Shown piece by piece: positions 1 through 12,836 of a DNA stretch of 64,000 nucleotides. Every line of letters starts with the position of its first letter. Position 1 is the stretch's first letter. Source of the DNA: Vicugna vicugna (Eukaryota). The DNA lies in the NCBI GenBank assembly GCA_013265495.1, contig MU058815.1:628523-692522 (forward strand), written 5' to 3'. The notes beneath the pieces are model-generated. The model searched no databases. It had not been told where the DNA came from and worked only from the letters and a program-made list of their open reading frames with translations. A program made the translations under genes and the position numbers.

Positions 1-552
1 TTTAACTCCAGGAAATGGAATGCTTTAGATTTTCGGGAATATAAAGCTCCACACATCACAAAATATTAAAATGTGCCCGACGTGTTACAAACATGGAAAT
101 GTCTAGTCCGTGTGTCTTTGCGTGTGTGTTGTGTACGTCTAGCTGCTTCAATGGTTGATGATTCTTTGAAAGATCTTTAATGTGAATTTCATTTTGGGTT
201 GCTTGTAATGAAGCATTTTGCCACTAGGTGGCGGTGTCGCGCAGCGCCTCGCCTGTGCTGCCCAGGCAGGACCTGGTTACATGCGTGATCGGCGGATGCC
301 TGCTGGGCCAGCGAATGGATGACAGATGCCAACAGCGCTTAATGCCATGACTCTCGTCATCTCCTCCTCTGTCATCATTATCATCACCCAGCGAGGCTGC
401 CCGGGGCCTCTGCGTGCAGCGGGGCGCGTTGGGCTCTCCTGGGCCTCTGCCTCCTTGGCTTCCGCCAGGCACCACTCAAAACAGTACAGATCTGACTACA
501 ATACACCTGTTTTCAATGTATTTTTTTGAGGCTATGCCCCTGGGATCCCTCC

Positions 553-1053
553 TGTTGACTGAAAGAAAATGCACAGCCTGAAAGCTAGAGTTGTATTTCG
601 TTCAGCGGACTTTCTGAGGACTCAAGCCAGAGACACAGCCTCTCGGATCGCTCGAAGTGTCCGTCCGTTCCAAGGAAGGGAGAAGCCAGGGTATGTAAGC
701 TTTTGCAACAAGCCCAGGTATTCGGAACATCAAGATTAGTGTTAATTAAAGGAAACCAGCTATCTCAAGGTAAGGAACGTAACACTCTTCTGCCTATGGG
801 GAGGTGCAAAGGTCTGGGCTCATTGAAATCACTCCTCTGATACGCACTTAGCTGTCCAGGGCCAGCGTCCTGCTCTTTCCCATCCCGAGCCCCCTCGGGG
901 GCACCGCTGGGGCGGCTGCAGAGGCCGGGCTGCCTGCCTGTCCCCATCCTGAGTTCGCTCTGCTCGCTGTCTGGGGTGGCGGTAACCCCTGATGACGGGA
1001 TGGTGGCAGGATTCTTTGTTTACTGATGTGGCTGGCAGTGGTTTTCATTCACA
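553..1053 (-). mobile_element. ERV1-class solo LTR (MER41-like, artiodactyl type)
   Basis: TG...CA bounded ~500 bp segment recognised by eye as a MER41-like LTR in reverse; no clear TSD. Confidence 0.6.
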
Positions 1054-2149
1054 GGCTGAAGTGACTGTGTTTTCTCCAGGTTCACTCTGTTATTAGCCAC
1101 ACTCGAGTGGCAGTGAATAGCTTTGAGGCGGACCGTGAGCTCCCTGTGCTGAGTCTTCAGGTGAACGCGCTGCTGTCCTGACCGCACGTCTGTCTGGGTC
1201 AGGGGGGCCTGTGGGCCTGTGAGCTGCACCCATTCGTCCCAGCCTTGTCCCCGGGCTTGCCCTGTCCCCGCTGCCCTTCAGACTTCAGGACCCAGTGCCC
1301 AACGTGGCACCCAGCCCCACCCCTCGCTGTCAGCTGGGGGCGCGGCCTGTGGAGCCACCTGAGGGCTGTCAGCTTCCAGATTCAAGAGAGAGAGGCGCTC
1401 GCTCCGTCTCAGCCCTCTGCTCTTAGGGTCTGCAAACTGCAGGAGCGCGGAGGCCCCCTAATGACCCATCTCTCTCAGTTTAGGAACCTGGGATCCCCCA
1501 AAAGGCTGGACTCCCTGGAGTTCTGCTCCTGTTGTTGGCAGAGCCTGGAGAGGCACCGGGGACCCCAGACGCCCAGGTTAGAGTTCCAGCAGAAACACCT
1601 GGGGGCCTCACCTCCCACCGCTTTCACCCGGGGGATCCGAAAATGATGCCTTGTGCTTGGGTCTGGGGCCGGCCCCGTGTGACTTCAGGAGTATTGGACA
1701 TCCTGTGGCCATGGGGCCCTGGTGGGGGAAGAAAGCACCAGAAGGCCCGTCCTCTGGAGCAGCAGGGGGACGGGTGGGGAGAGGCAGACACAGGGAGGGA
1801 GGGAGGGTTTATTATTGTGCGAGTGTGAGCAGATTTCTAAAGTCTGCTGAGAATTTCACACACACATTTGTGCAAGTAGAGGAGCAAACAGTGGAAATAT
1901 TCTTGATATTCGAGCGGTTGCTTGTCTCTGGCACACCTGTGAGTGACCCTGAGTTAATTTTGGAGGTGTGTGACCACGGTTCCAAGGGTCAGAGGCCTTG
2001 ACCTTGAACTATAGAACTGGGATGTTGGGTCTCCTACTGAGGCTGTTACTATGTCTTCAAGGAGACACCCTAAGGAGAGGGTGGGGGAGGAGCACGCCCT
2101 TCTCTCCTTTCAGTAAACAGAGAGTCCATCATTTAACCCTTTCAAGCCT

Positions 2150-3110
2150 GCATTTGGTTCTGATTGCTGCTGCGACAAATATGTTCTTTTACAGTATGGA
2201 GGTCAGAGTTTAAAATGGGTTGGCAGGAGACCTGGAAGCAACCTAAATGTCCATCGACAGATGACCGGGTAAAGAAGAAGGGGTGTATATACACACAGTG
2301 GAATACTACTTAGCCATAAAAATGACAACACAATGCCATTTGCAGCAACATGGATGTCCCTGGAGAATGTCATTCTAAGTGAAGTAAGCCAGAAAGAGAA
2401 AGGAAAATACCGTATGAGATCGCTTATATGTGAAATCTAAAAAAATGCAATGAAACAAATACAGACTCACAGACATGGAAAACACACTTATGGTTACCAA
2501 GGGGGAAAGAGGAAGGTGGAGGGATAAATTGGGAGTTCAGGGTTTGCAGATACTAACTACTATATATAAAATGGATAAACAGCAAGGTTCTACAGCACAG
2601 GGAACTGTATTCAATACCTTGTAATAGCCTATAATGAAAAAAATATGAAAAAGAATATACATATGTGTGTATAACTGAATCACTGTGCTGTACACCAGAA
2701 AGTAACACAACATTGTAAACTGACTTTACGTCAATAAAAAAATTTAAACAGCAGAAAACAAATACATATAATGGGCTGGCAGGGCTGCATTCCCTCTGGG
2801 GGCTGCACAGTCGGTTTCCTTGCCTCCTCCGGCCGCCAGAGCCCACCCGCATCCTCTGCTATGGTCTGTTTCCCCCTTCAAAGCCAACGGCATGGCATCC
2901 TCAAATCTCTTTCCCTCCGTGCATGTCGCTCCCTCTGTCTGTGGTCAGATCCCCCCCCGCCCCCTCTTATAAGGACCCTGATGAACTGCACGGGGCCAGC
3001 CCAGGTACGGGCAGATCATCTCCCACAAGACCCTTAACTTAATCACACCTGCCACCTAAGATGACATATTGACACCTTCCAGGGATTAGGGCATCTTTGA
3101 GTCGTTCTGC
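2150..3110 (-). mobile_element. MaLR (MLT1-type) LTR split by the L1 at 2228-2769
   Basis: MLT1-like text on both sides: ttacagtatggaggtcaga..., cttataaggacc, ccttaacttaatcacacctgc. Confidence 0.6.
2228..2769 (+). mobile_element. 5'-truncated LINE-1 3' end
   Basis: caacctaaatgtccatcgacagatga, ggaatactact..gccataaaa, A-rich tail; flanked by the 14-bp TSD aatggg(t/c)tggcagg (2214-2227, 2770-2783). Confidence 0.9.
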
Positions 3111-3411
3111 CTTCCACGTCCCCAAGGCCTGCGTGATCTGAGGGACTCCGCCGTGGCCTGGTGCGGGCCTCACCCCAGTGTCACTGGCCTCAGCAAGGCG
3201 GGCAGCTTGGGCCGTGGGAGCACGTGTGAGGGCAGGCATTTTTGTGTGTCCTTGGCTCCTATGCAGACAGAGAAGGCGTGGGTGTGGGGCTCCAAATTTG
3301 AAGCTGAAGCCTATTGGCATGACAGCAGTTAGAAATGCTTGTTTATAAATGTTTTTAATCTCTTGTCGGGATAGCAATCGAAAATTCTCTAAACTTCCAC
3401 AGAGGGAAGGA

Positions 3412-3860
3412 TGCAGCCGAAGTGTTGCCGGCAGATGTAGCCGGTGTCCAGGTTCTTGTCCTGTCCCGGAAAGAGTTCAGAGACAAGACGTGGAGGTTAA
3501 GAAGGTAAAGTGGGGATTTATTAAAGGATGAACAGCACACTCTCAGGGGGCAGCGGGCAGGCTCCGGTGAGCGGCGGCCCTGAGTTTCTTTGGCAAGTTG
3601 GTTACACAGGGTGTCAAAATAAATGGGTGGAATATTCATTAGGGAGGGAAGGGCTGGGAGGAAGGGAGGTGGTCCCAACTCCACCTTCCCAAAGGGAGGA
3701 GGGGTTTTTGTCCTCATTTAGTCTGAATCCGAAGTGCCATGGTGTTGGTGCATGATGGGGACTTCTGACCTACTGAAATGAGGGCGTAATGAGCAAAAGG
3801 TTACATTTGGACCCTGGAGATTCCTGTCTTTTCCCACTTTTCTTTGTTGGCTGGCCTCCT
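3412..3860 (-). mobile_element. ERV LTR, reverse orientation
   Basis: U5-like end (gtgtccaggttcttgtc...aaagagttcagagacaagac), minus-strand AATAAA at 3522-3517; right end obscured by a short poly-T L1 tail at ~3864-3905. Confidence 0.55.
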
Positions 3861-4149
3861 AAATTTTTTTTAACATTTTTTATTATTGAGTTATAGTCAT
3901 TTTACCTAAACGTTTGATTTCTGTCTGTGTAACAGAATTGTGGATCTGTTCAGCATCCATTGAAGGGAAATGCTTGCTGTGCAGGGATTGTCCAAAAGAG
4001 GGAGCCAAAGACCTTCAAATGTGCCAGGATCCCTGCGCTGTTTCCAGGGAAGACAGGAGGCCCCTCAGGGAATCCAGGCGTGGGGCCTCTCCCCTTCCCA
4101 CGGGGGCCTGCTGCTCTCGTCCCTCCCTGCAATGTCTTTCTCATCATCT

Positions 4150-5690
4150 TCATAAAGCTGTGTGAAAACAGTTTGCTAATTTCTTGGGAAAGTAAACCTA
4201 CCACCTGAGTTTGCTCCAGCACTCCCTTCCACGTATTTACCCGAGAGGGATGACAGTGCGCGCACATGACGATGTGTGTGGACGTGCAGAGCGGTTTTAT
4301 TTGTCACAGATGAAAACAGGACGCAACCCAAGTGTCCATCAGCAGGGGAGCGGATGAGCAGAGCGTGGCCTGTCTGCACAGTGAAGTACTGCTCAGCAAC
4401 GAAATGGGGCGAATGCCTGATGCAGGCAGGAGCATTAAGATTTCTCGGGCAGAAGGTCTAAACAAGCAGTTGTCCAAGGAAGACATACAAATGATCAACA
4501 GGCACATGAAAAAATGCTCTATCACTAATTATCAGAGAAATGCAAATCAAAACTATGATGAGGTCACCTCACACCAGTCAGAATGGCCATCATTCAAAAA
4601 TCCACAAATGACAAATGCTGGAGAGGCTGCGGAGAAAGGGGAGCCACCTGCACTGCTGGTGGGAATGTAGTTTGGTGCAGCCACTGTGGGAAACAGTATG
4701 GAGATTCCTCAAAAGACTAGGAATAGATTTACCACATGACCCAGGAATCCCGCTCCTGGGCATATATCCAGAAGGAACCCTAATTCAAATGACACCTGCA
4801 CCCCAATGCTCATAGCAGCACTGTTTACAATAGCCAAGACATGGAGACAGCCTAAATGTCCATCAGCAGATGACTGGATAAAGAAGATGTGGTATATTTA
4901 TACAATGGAATACTACTCAGCCATAAAAACGACAACATAATGCCATTTGCAGCAACATGGATGTCCCTGGAGAATATCATCCTAAGTGAAATCAGCCAGA
5001 AAGAGAGGGAAAAATACCATATGAGATCTCTCATATGTGGAATCTAAAACAAACAAACAAAGCATAAATACAAGACAGAAACAGACTCATAGACATAGAA
5101 TACAAACTTGTGGTTGCCAAGGGGGTGGGGGGGTGGGAAGGGACAGACTGGGATTTCAAAATGTAGAATAGATACACAAGATGATACTGTGTAGCACAGG
5201 GAAATGTATACAAGATCTGGCGGTAGCTCACAGCAAAAAAGAATGTGACAATGAATATATGTATGTTCATGTATAACTGAAAAATTATGCTCTACATTGG
5301 ATTTTGACACAACATTGTAAACTGACTATAACTCAATTTAAAAAATGTTAAAAAAAGGAGCAAGACAAAAAAAAAAAGATTTCTCAATAGCGTTTTGCTG
5401 AGATAAAGAAACCAGACAGAAGAATATATTCTATATCATTCCATTTATATGAAATACAAGTAGAAGAGGAAAATCTGACTTAGGGCACCAGAAAGCAGAT
5501 AGGTGGTTGCCTAGAGCTGGGGGAAGGTGAGACTGGTGCAAGGAACTTTTGGGGGTGATACAGTGTTTGCATCTTGATTGATATGATGGTTACTCAGGTG
5601 TATGTATTCACCGTTGTTTACCAAACCGTATCTTTCAGTGACTGCGTTTTATTATATGTAAATCAACCTCAAAGTGGTTGATTTTTGAGC
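4150..5690 (+). mobile_element. Ancient L1M 3' fragment interrupted by the younger L1
   Basis: Degenerate caacccaagtgtccatcagcagg before, and attccatttatatgaaa/gtggttgcctagagctgggg after, the insertion. Confidence 0.7.
4447..5375 (+). mobile_element. Relatively young 5'-truncated LINE-1 (ORF2 C-terminus, 3'UTR, polyA)
   Basis: ORF2 remnants SKEDIQMINRHMKKCS and [41 protein letters not shown] tail; exact 10-bp TSD AAGATTTCTC at 4437-4446 and 5376-5385. Confidence 0.95.
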
Positions 5691-6429
5691 TGAAAACAAA
5701 TTGAACCAGTCTCTCCACGCTTCTGTAAATGCGCTCAGGAACTGGTAGGGACTGTGTTGAGCCTGTAAATCAATTTGAAGAGAGTGGGCATCTTAACAAT
5801 GTTGACTTGGGTTCAGTGCTTTGGATCTATTGTTACGTGATCGGTCTATTTCGCTAATAGGACGTTAACGAAATTCAGCCTAGGTCCTTAGTTATGACTG
5901 TAACTAGTAATAAATCTTAATTACCTGGGATATGGAAAAGTGATTAAATAAGGATTTAATACAATCTACAAATAGGAGTTTGGGATGGGGAGGGGTGGGG
6001 TGGGGGGTCAGGAGTGGGGCATCCTGGCCCCTGAGATGGCCACAAAAAGAGCAGCCTGGCGTCCTTGGGGGGTGGGGTGAGGCAAGGCTGGATCCCGCTG
6101 GTTGTGTATCCAAGTTGGTTCCTTTGCAGGGCACAGGGTCTCGAGGCAGCGGAAAGACAGCTAGAAAATGCGTCACAGGGTCAGTGTTCCCTGAAACGGT
6201 GGCGTTTGTTAGGGGCACGGGAGAGTGGGCTGGCCAGTCAGTCGGTGGGACATGACTGAAGTGGATTTGAGAGGATGGATGGGACTTGATTCCCCAAACA
6301 AAGGTTGTAGAAAAACCAGGGGTCTGAGACATTATTAGATGTGTGAGGAGATTTCGATCTGAGGTGGAACTGGGGAGTATGAAGGGGAGAGTCACGTGCA
6401 TGCACCCTCAGAGGAATGACACTTAAGAA

Positions 6430-6720
6430 TGTGGAGACCGATCTCCTACAAACGCCTGACTTACAGAAGACCTAGACTTATTTCTCGGCCAGTGAACATC
6501 CACCAAGAACCTCTCCCCATCCTCAAGCCAACAGATTTACTGCTTGGACTTTGGCTTCCCTCCCCCTCTTTGTGCTCTTTGCCCAGAGGTACAGCTGCCC
6601 CCAGACCCTCAGAGGACTCACCTGTAGCGCTCACACTGCTAGATTTCCTGAATTACAATTCTTCTGCTATTCCAGGAAAAACTCAGTTTCCGGTCATATG
6701 AGCTTGCCCCAGTTTACTTC
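6430..6720 (+). mobile_element. Probable ERV1 LTR fragment
   Basis: LTR-like R/U5 text (cctgaattacaattcttctgctattcc...aaactca). Confidence 0.35.
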
Positions 6721-7424
6721 TATTTTAAGGCTGACAGTCTTCATCTCATGGGCTCATGTTAATCTTTCCTTCCTCTGCACTCTCTACCCAGTGACTCAGC
6801 CTCTGTCTAGACAGTATTGTCATGGCCTCTCATGATCTCCGAAAGATTTAAAAGACTTTCTGCACGATTTCAGCACCTAGTCAATGGTTACTGGATGCTT
6901 GAATGGTCTGGAGTCTTTGCAGTTTGTGCTCTTCTTTTGCGATCTGGTGTCAGCAGCCCCCGCGGGCCTGCTTCCCCTTGGCTTTTCGGCTCATGTTGCC
7001 TGAACTAAGGTTTCAGCGGCAGAAACCTCAATTTCCCTTTCTTTTACTGCTCTTGGACTTCGTTTCCATGAATAGCTGTATTTTCCGTGAACGCGTATTC
7101 TTTGGTAAGAGATCCCCTTCTGAAATGAGACCGACTTTCCGGTGCAGAGAAGTTCCCCGTCTGTTCAACAGAGCATCTCCTGTTTCTTTTCTAAAACTCC
7201 ACTCTTGTGCCGGGGCCCCATTAATCATCGAGAAACGTAGTACAAAAGGTCCTGGCTGAACACCTGTCATCCAATCTTCTTCAAAAACGAACCGGGAGAA
7301 ACCAAATCGTGTGGTCAGATGAGTCAAGCTTGGTTCTGAAAGGACTGGCAGACCTTTTAAGCATGATTTTGTTTTGAACTGGGAGCATAACAGAAATGCA
7401 CTAGGATTTTTGTGTGTGTGTGGT

Positions 7425-7426
7425 TT

Positions 7427-7482
<56 letters not shown>

Positions 7483-7488
7483 TTTTTT
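7425..7488. repeat. (TTTC)n microsatellite with T tail
   Basis: About 14 perfect TTTC units, directly visible. Confidence 0.97.
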
Positions 7489-7627
7489 GCCTTAACTGGG
7501 TAAAATCTGGATTTTTGAGTTGATATTATATATTTTTGTTTGGCAATTAAATAATTTATAATAACTTTATAATATTTCTTTAAAAATTGCAAAATATGTT
7601 TTTCTCCAAGTGGTTTGCTAATATTAC

Positions 7628-7650
7628 TATTATTGTTATTGTTATTGTTA

Positions 7651-7687
<37 letters not shown>
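7628..7687. repeat. Compound (TTATTG)n/(TTA)n microsatellite
   Basis: Directly visible; source of the poly-N run in ORF 7401..7739. Confidence 0.97.
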
Positions 7688-8599
7688 CTGTATATAAAGA
7701 TAGGGAACCCAGAGCACTAAACATGGTATTTCCAGCCACGCCACCTTCAGGACAATAGAGCTATCTATTTCTCATCAGACCTGGTCAGCCCAGGGCATTT
7801 CTAATCTCTGTCTACTGTTCCATTTTATTCCACTTATTACCGGCCTAGGGAAACATAAGGCTCAATAATTTGTAGACACAGTTGAAATTCCTAAAAGAGG
7901 TAGGCTCGGAACTAATTTTAGAATAAGGAGAAAAGCTGCCATGTGTTTCTCTTAGGTTTCTAGGTCGCATGGCTGATCGCATCCCGCACGTCAACAGCTT
8001 ATCCGCATTCTCCCGTGGTATTGTCGACTGAGTTCGGCTCAGCACAATACTCATGCACTGAGCAGGTGAACTTGGGGCAGGGCCTTTGCTGACGGGATCT
8101 GCGAGGCCTGAGGTGAGGCAGGGCTTGGAGCCCCGCTGCCCGCCGCCTTGCCCCCAGTCTGAACCTCCCCAGCGCCCCGTTCCTTCACGTGTGAAGTGGA
8201 GACACGGCACCTACCGCACGACCCAGGTTTATCAAGAGGATGAACTCGTGTCTGTAGAGTGTTTAGGACCGTATCTGCCTCTCTGGGAGGCCTCTGTGCA
8301 GGTCAGTCCGCACGGGGACCATTACTGCCCTGGCCAAGTGTCCAGGATTCCGGATGATGTAACGTTGGAAATTGCAGAGCTCCTACATCAAGGTGATTCA
8401 TTTATCGACAAAAACACAGACCCAGGGGAGGAACAGGTGCTCACAGAGGGTGGACCCGAAAGATGTAACAACCAGTGGGAAAGTCCGCTCCGAATGATTC
8501 TGACCCTGAAGCTGTAACGCCCTCCGTTCAGAAACTGAACGTGTATCAGAGGCGCCAAACGAGGCTTTGTGAAGATTCATGAACGGAAACCCCAATTAA

Positions 8600-9480
8600 A
8601 TACAACTGGGAGGCCAGCAGGGGGCGCTCCCGTGCCCTGCGGGGGCAGCCGAGCTTCACGGGGGAAGAAAGACGCCTCCTCTTTGCCGGCGAGGATGCAG
8701 CCGATGAAAATGCGCGCGGCTTTCGTTTGCTGCGTCCCTCCCAGCTTTTGTTGCCGTCTGTGGAAGAGCTCTCCTTCCTTTGCCCTGCGGGGACTCACAC
8801 ACGGCCCATCACGTCGGCGTGACTTGACCTGCGGCCCTCTGCGGACCCCGGTGAACCCGTTTGCTGGAGACGTCCCCGGCAGGCAGCCGGTGGGTTTCAG
8901 CAGCCGGCAGTCTTTCGACCCAATGCCGACCGTGACGCGCTCTCCTGGTTTCCCAGAGCTGCACACCGCGCCCTGCGTTGGGGCGGGACTGCGGAAGACG
9001 CGTGAACACAGCGTGTATCAGCGAGCCGGGCTCTCGCAGGGCTGAAAACGTTCCCGCCACCCGGCGGGCCAGCGGAGCGCAGCGCAGCCCCAGGCCGGCC
9101 AGCGGGCGCGCGCCAGTCCCGGCGAGCCACCGCCTGCTGCCGGCACCAGCCCGCCTGCCCGGGCCCGGCCCGGCCGCAGGATCCGCCCTGGCCGTGCGGA
9201 GCTCCCAAGGCGCCGTGCACCGCGGGGCTGGAGATCTGAACGTTCTCGTGAAGCGCCGGAGAAGAAGAAAAGACACGGGGCTGGGGCTGGGGCGGAAAGA
9301 GCCGTAAGCCCTGCTGCAACCCTGGGAAGAGAGACAAGGAGGGCCGCGTTTGGCTGCTGCCAGGAAGACCTCACCAGGGACTGAGGAACCGGACCAGCAC
9401 ATGCGTCGCTCCCCAGGAACGCTGAGCGTTCTGTCGCCACGAGGACTCAGGGCGCACTTGACGGTCCTCTTCACAGAGGC
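8600..9480. promoter_or_regulatory. CpG island / probable promoter of an unidentified transcript
   Basis: Very GC- and CpG-dense relative to flanks; GC box GGGGCGGGAC 8980-8989; E2F-like TTCCCGCC 9051-9058; donor-like sites on both strands. Confidence 0.75.
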
Positions 9481-12262
9481 TGCAGGGAATTTCCTCTTCT
9501 GGGTTTCAGGCTGGGGTGAGAGTGTCTCAGTTCGATTCCTTTCCTGCTCTGTGGCTCTGTTTCCAAATTACCTGCGCTGGTCATAACGCGCCTTGATTTT
9601 CTTTCTCCCCAGGGACCGTCTAGCATGCCAGCCCGTACCACTGCACCCTGCCTGATGAGGGTCTCACCAGAAGAGAGAAACCAACTCTGCTTTAAGGGAG
9701 AACTTTAAGCTACATAATGAAGATGGTGGTTATCCTGTATAACTGCAAAAAAACCAAACCGCAAACCAAACCAAAAGACCAACACATAGCATGACATCAA
9801 CAAAATAAATTTTGTAAACAAGCCAAGATTTAAAAAAAAAAAAGTGGTTTCATTGCAGGGATAGGGGGCACCTGGAGCAGACAAGCCAGGTGGAAGACTG
9901 AGGCCATCTGGAGAGGCATAACGGGGCTTACCGCCCCTAGATCGCCAGGCCCAGGCAGGAGGGAGGGCTGCTGATGGTCAGGGCCATTGCTGGGAGCTGG
10001 TGCCACAGGTGGGCTCCTTCACCAGGACCCAGAGCAACGGAGGAGCATCCAGAGAACCCTGGTTCTCAGTGTCCCACCAGTGCCTTCACTGTCAGAACCA
10101 TCCAGAAGCCAAACGTGGGTGCCTGGGAAATGCAGCCTGCAGGAGCCAGTCCCCTGCATCGGTTTGTTGTTGCCAAAATAATGCAGAGGACCATTCAGAT
10201 GGAGGATCAGCTCTCCGGGCAGACGAGAGGTATGCAAGTCAGAGAGAGCCAGTGGGCACACACGTGATGCTTAGAAAACACTTGCTTCTGATGGCAAATC
10301 CTTATTTCTGGGGGTAAAACTGTACCTGGTCACGATCCCAGAGCAACGAAATTCAGCCCACCAGCAGTAGATAAAAAAGTTGAGGAAAGGATCGAGCAGT
10401 TATTCAATCTTAGAGAAGAAAATTATGACGAAATTTACATTTGTCCAGAAATAAAGTAGTCTTCTCATAAACAGAAATATGTAAGAATTTTGGTGACTGT
10501 TAAAAGCATTTTTGAAAGGTCAGGCTACAACTGCCAGCATCCAGGCCAAGCTGGAAAATCGTCGCTGCAGCTTGCCGATAGCAGCCCGGCAGCTCCTGTG
10601 AACTGTGACCCTAGGACGGCCCTGCGCGCGCTGGCACGCGGTGGTGGCGGGACGAACTGGAAGACTGCCACGTGAGGGGCCACCACGCAACCCGAGGGCG
10701 TTACTGAAAACATCAGCAGGGCGAGGGAATCCCACTGATGGCATAAGTGAGACTCCCTAATGATCACGGAGAAAGAAAAATCCGGAGGTCAAAAAGTTGA
10801 CTGGAGGCAGGGGACCCGGGTGGAGTCTGGAGCCCTCTCCAGGTGGTGCTGGGCTGTGGCTCTGGCCCGGCTGGCTGTGCCCAGTGGGGTCCGACCCTGG
10901 GCTCTCCCACCACCCGTGGACATTGGGTTTCTTCTCGTGCCACTCTTGTGTGTCCATCTGTCTCCTTGCCTAGCCATCGCTGAGTCTCTGGGTGTGCCCA
11001 AGTCCCACGAATGACACCTACTTCATATGAGGAGAGGCACAGAGGTATGAGGTGTGGCATCCTTCTTCAGTCCCGACCTCTAGCAACCTGACAGTGGCGA
11101 CAGTGATACTGCGTCACTGAACTGAAATTCTGCTCCAGGAACAGTGTCTCCTGACTCCAGGCGCATCTGCTTCTGTTTTAAACTTCTCGAGTACTCTCTG
11201 GCTTTTTCGCTTTTTCTGTAAACAGCATTATTTTGTGTTCTGTATTTACCCCACAAATAACTCCTTAGCTCCGGGGTGGTAATAACTGTATCTTATACTC
11301 TACGTTTCTCCTGTTTCCCTTTATTGCTTTTGAGCGGCAAACACAAGAAGAGAACGTGTCAGGATGGATTAGCGGAAACCGAAAGTGTAACTCCATGAAT
11401 TCAGGGGACACTTGTAGGTTGGGGTGACGGTCCCCGGAGGGGCTGGGTAGGTCAGCTGGCACAGAAGTTTAGAGAATCCTGCCAGGTCATGTGTCTGATA
11501 CAGCCACAAAAACCTAAGTTTTGCTCTTCTGCAACGTTCTCTCCCTTATAATTCTGATTTTCTGAAAGATCTGCCTGACCTGCTATGTTCTTCTTATCAC
11601 CAAGTAATCTGGGTTTCTCTCTCTCTAGGCAATGCTTCCCACTCAACAATTATTTGGGAGACAATGGAACCCATTACCTCACTTTGAATATGTTTAAAAT
11701 CATCGGCAATTTTAGACAGCATTTCTTCAAGTAAAGAATGTTTGATTCCATTGTGTAACTTTTAAGTTCATTGGTAAAATGTATCCTTCCCGTTTTCTCT
11801 CTTTTAAAAGGAGGCTGTAGGCTCACACTTTTTGAAAACAAGAAACTCATGGAAAGGAGCCATTTGCTCTCTTTAAAGCAGTCAGTCTATGGTAGTCTAT
11901 TTTGGGCAGGGGATGAAAAATTGATTTCATCCCTTTTATAACATCTGGTTATTCATTGTGGCGCCTAAAGCCTCATCTCTACAATGACTGAGTCATCATG
12001 TCCACCAGGAGGACAGGTGCAAAACGTGCCCGCGCATACGTAAGAACATTGGACCTTGAGTCTCTGCTATCAGAATCTGAAGATGTGGCTGAAATCAGAT
12101 GATGATGCTGTGAGGGAGTGGGAGGCGGTGAGGGAGGGCAGTCTTTGAAGAGCGATGCCTGAAAATATCCCAGCCTTGATAACCTTAGATTCTGGAAGGA
12201 TAACGAAATTAAAACACGGTAAAGCAAAAAGAAGCCACAACTGGGCACATGACAGTGAAACC

Positions 12263-12836
12263 CCAGCGCACCTCGTTCTACTGTTCTTTGTTTTATTGTG
12301 CTGTGCGGATACTGCAATTTTTTTTTACAAATTGAAATTTCGTGGCAACTCTGCATCAGGCCCATTTTTCCAATACCGTTTACTCACTTCAAGTCTGTGT
12401 GTCACATTTTGATAGTTCTGAACAATATTTCAAACTTTTTCATTATTATTATATTTTTATGACAATCTGTGGTCAGTGATCTTTAATGTTACTATTGTAA
12501 TTATTTTGGTATTTTTAGGCAATAAAGTATTTTAAAATTAAGGTACATACATTTTTTAAGACATAATGTTATGCCACACTTAATAATAGACTATGTAACT
12601 TGTATAGAGACTGGTAAAAAATTTGTGTGACTTGCTTTAATTTTTTAATTAAGTATAGTTAATTTACAACGTTGTGCTAGTTTCTGGTGCACAGCACAGT
12701 GATTTAGTTATACATATATATATATATATTCTTTTTCATTTTCTTTGTCATCGTAGGTTGGTGACTGACTTTATTACAAAACTCACTTTACTGAGATGGT
12801 CTGGAACTGGACCTGCAGTGTCTCTGAGGTATGCCT
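12263..12836 (+). mobile_element. Internally deleted Tigger1-type DNA transposon (TcMar), non-autonomous
   Basis: Tigger1 5' end (cacctcgtt...ttttattgtgct...tttttacaaattgaa) joined to the 3' end (ggtctggaac...tctctgaggtatgcct); no transposase. Confidence 0.8.
12640..12760 (-). mobile_element. Very short L1 3' tail inserted in the Tigger1 element
   Basis: gtatagttaatttacaacgttgtgctagtttctggtgcacagcacagtgatt; TSD gtgact(tg/ga)cttta at 12627-12639 and 12761-12773. Confidence 0.8.

Noticed and set aside
4332..4815. ORFs 4332..4670 and 4615..4815 as genes
   Set aside because: Frameshifted LINE-1 ORF2 C-terminal remnants.
7401..7739. ORF with poly-Asn and KKER repeats
   Set aside because: Translation of two microsatellites.
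8569..9474. Overlapping 110-221 aa ORFs in the CpG island
   Set aside because: Arg/Gly/Pro/Ala-rich ORFs in several frames are expected from stop-codon scarcity in GC-rich DNA; no recognisable domain.
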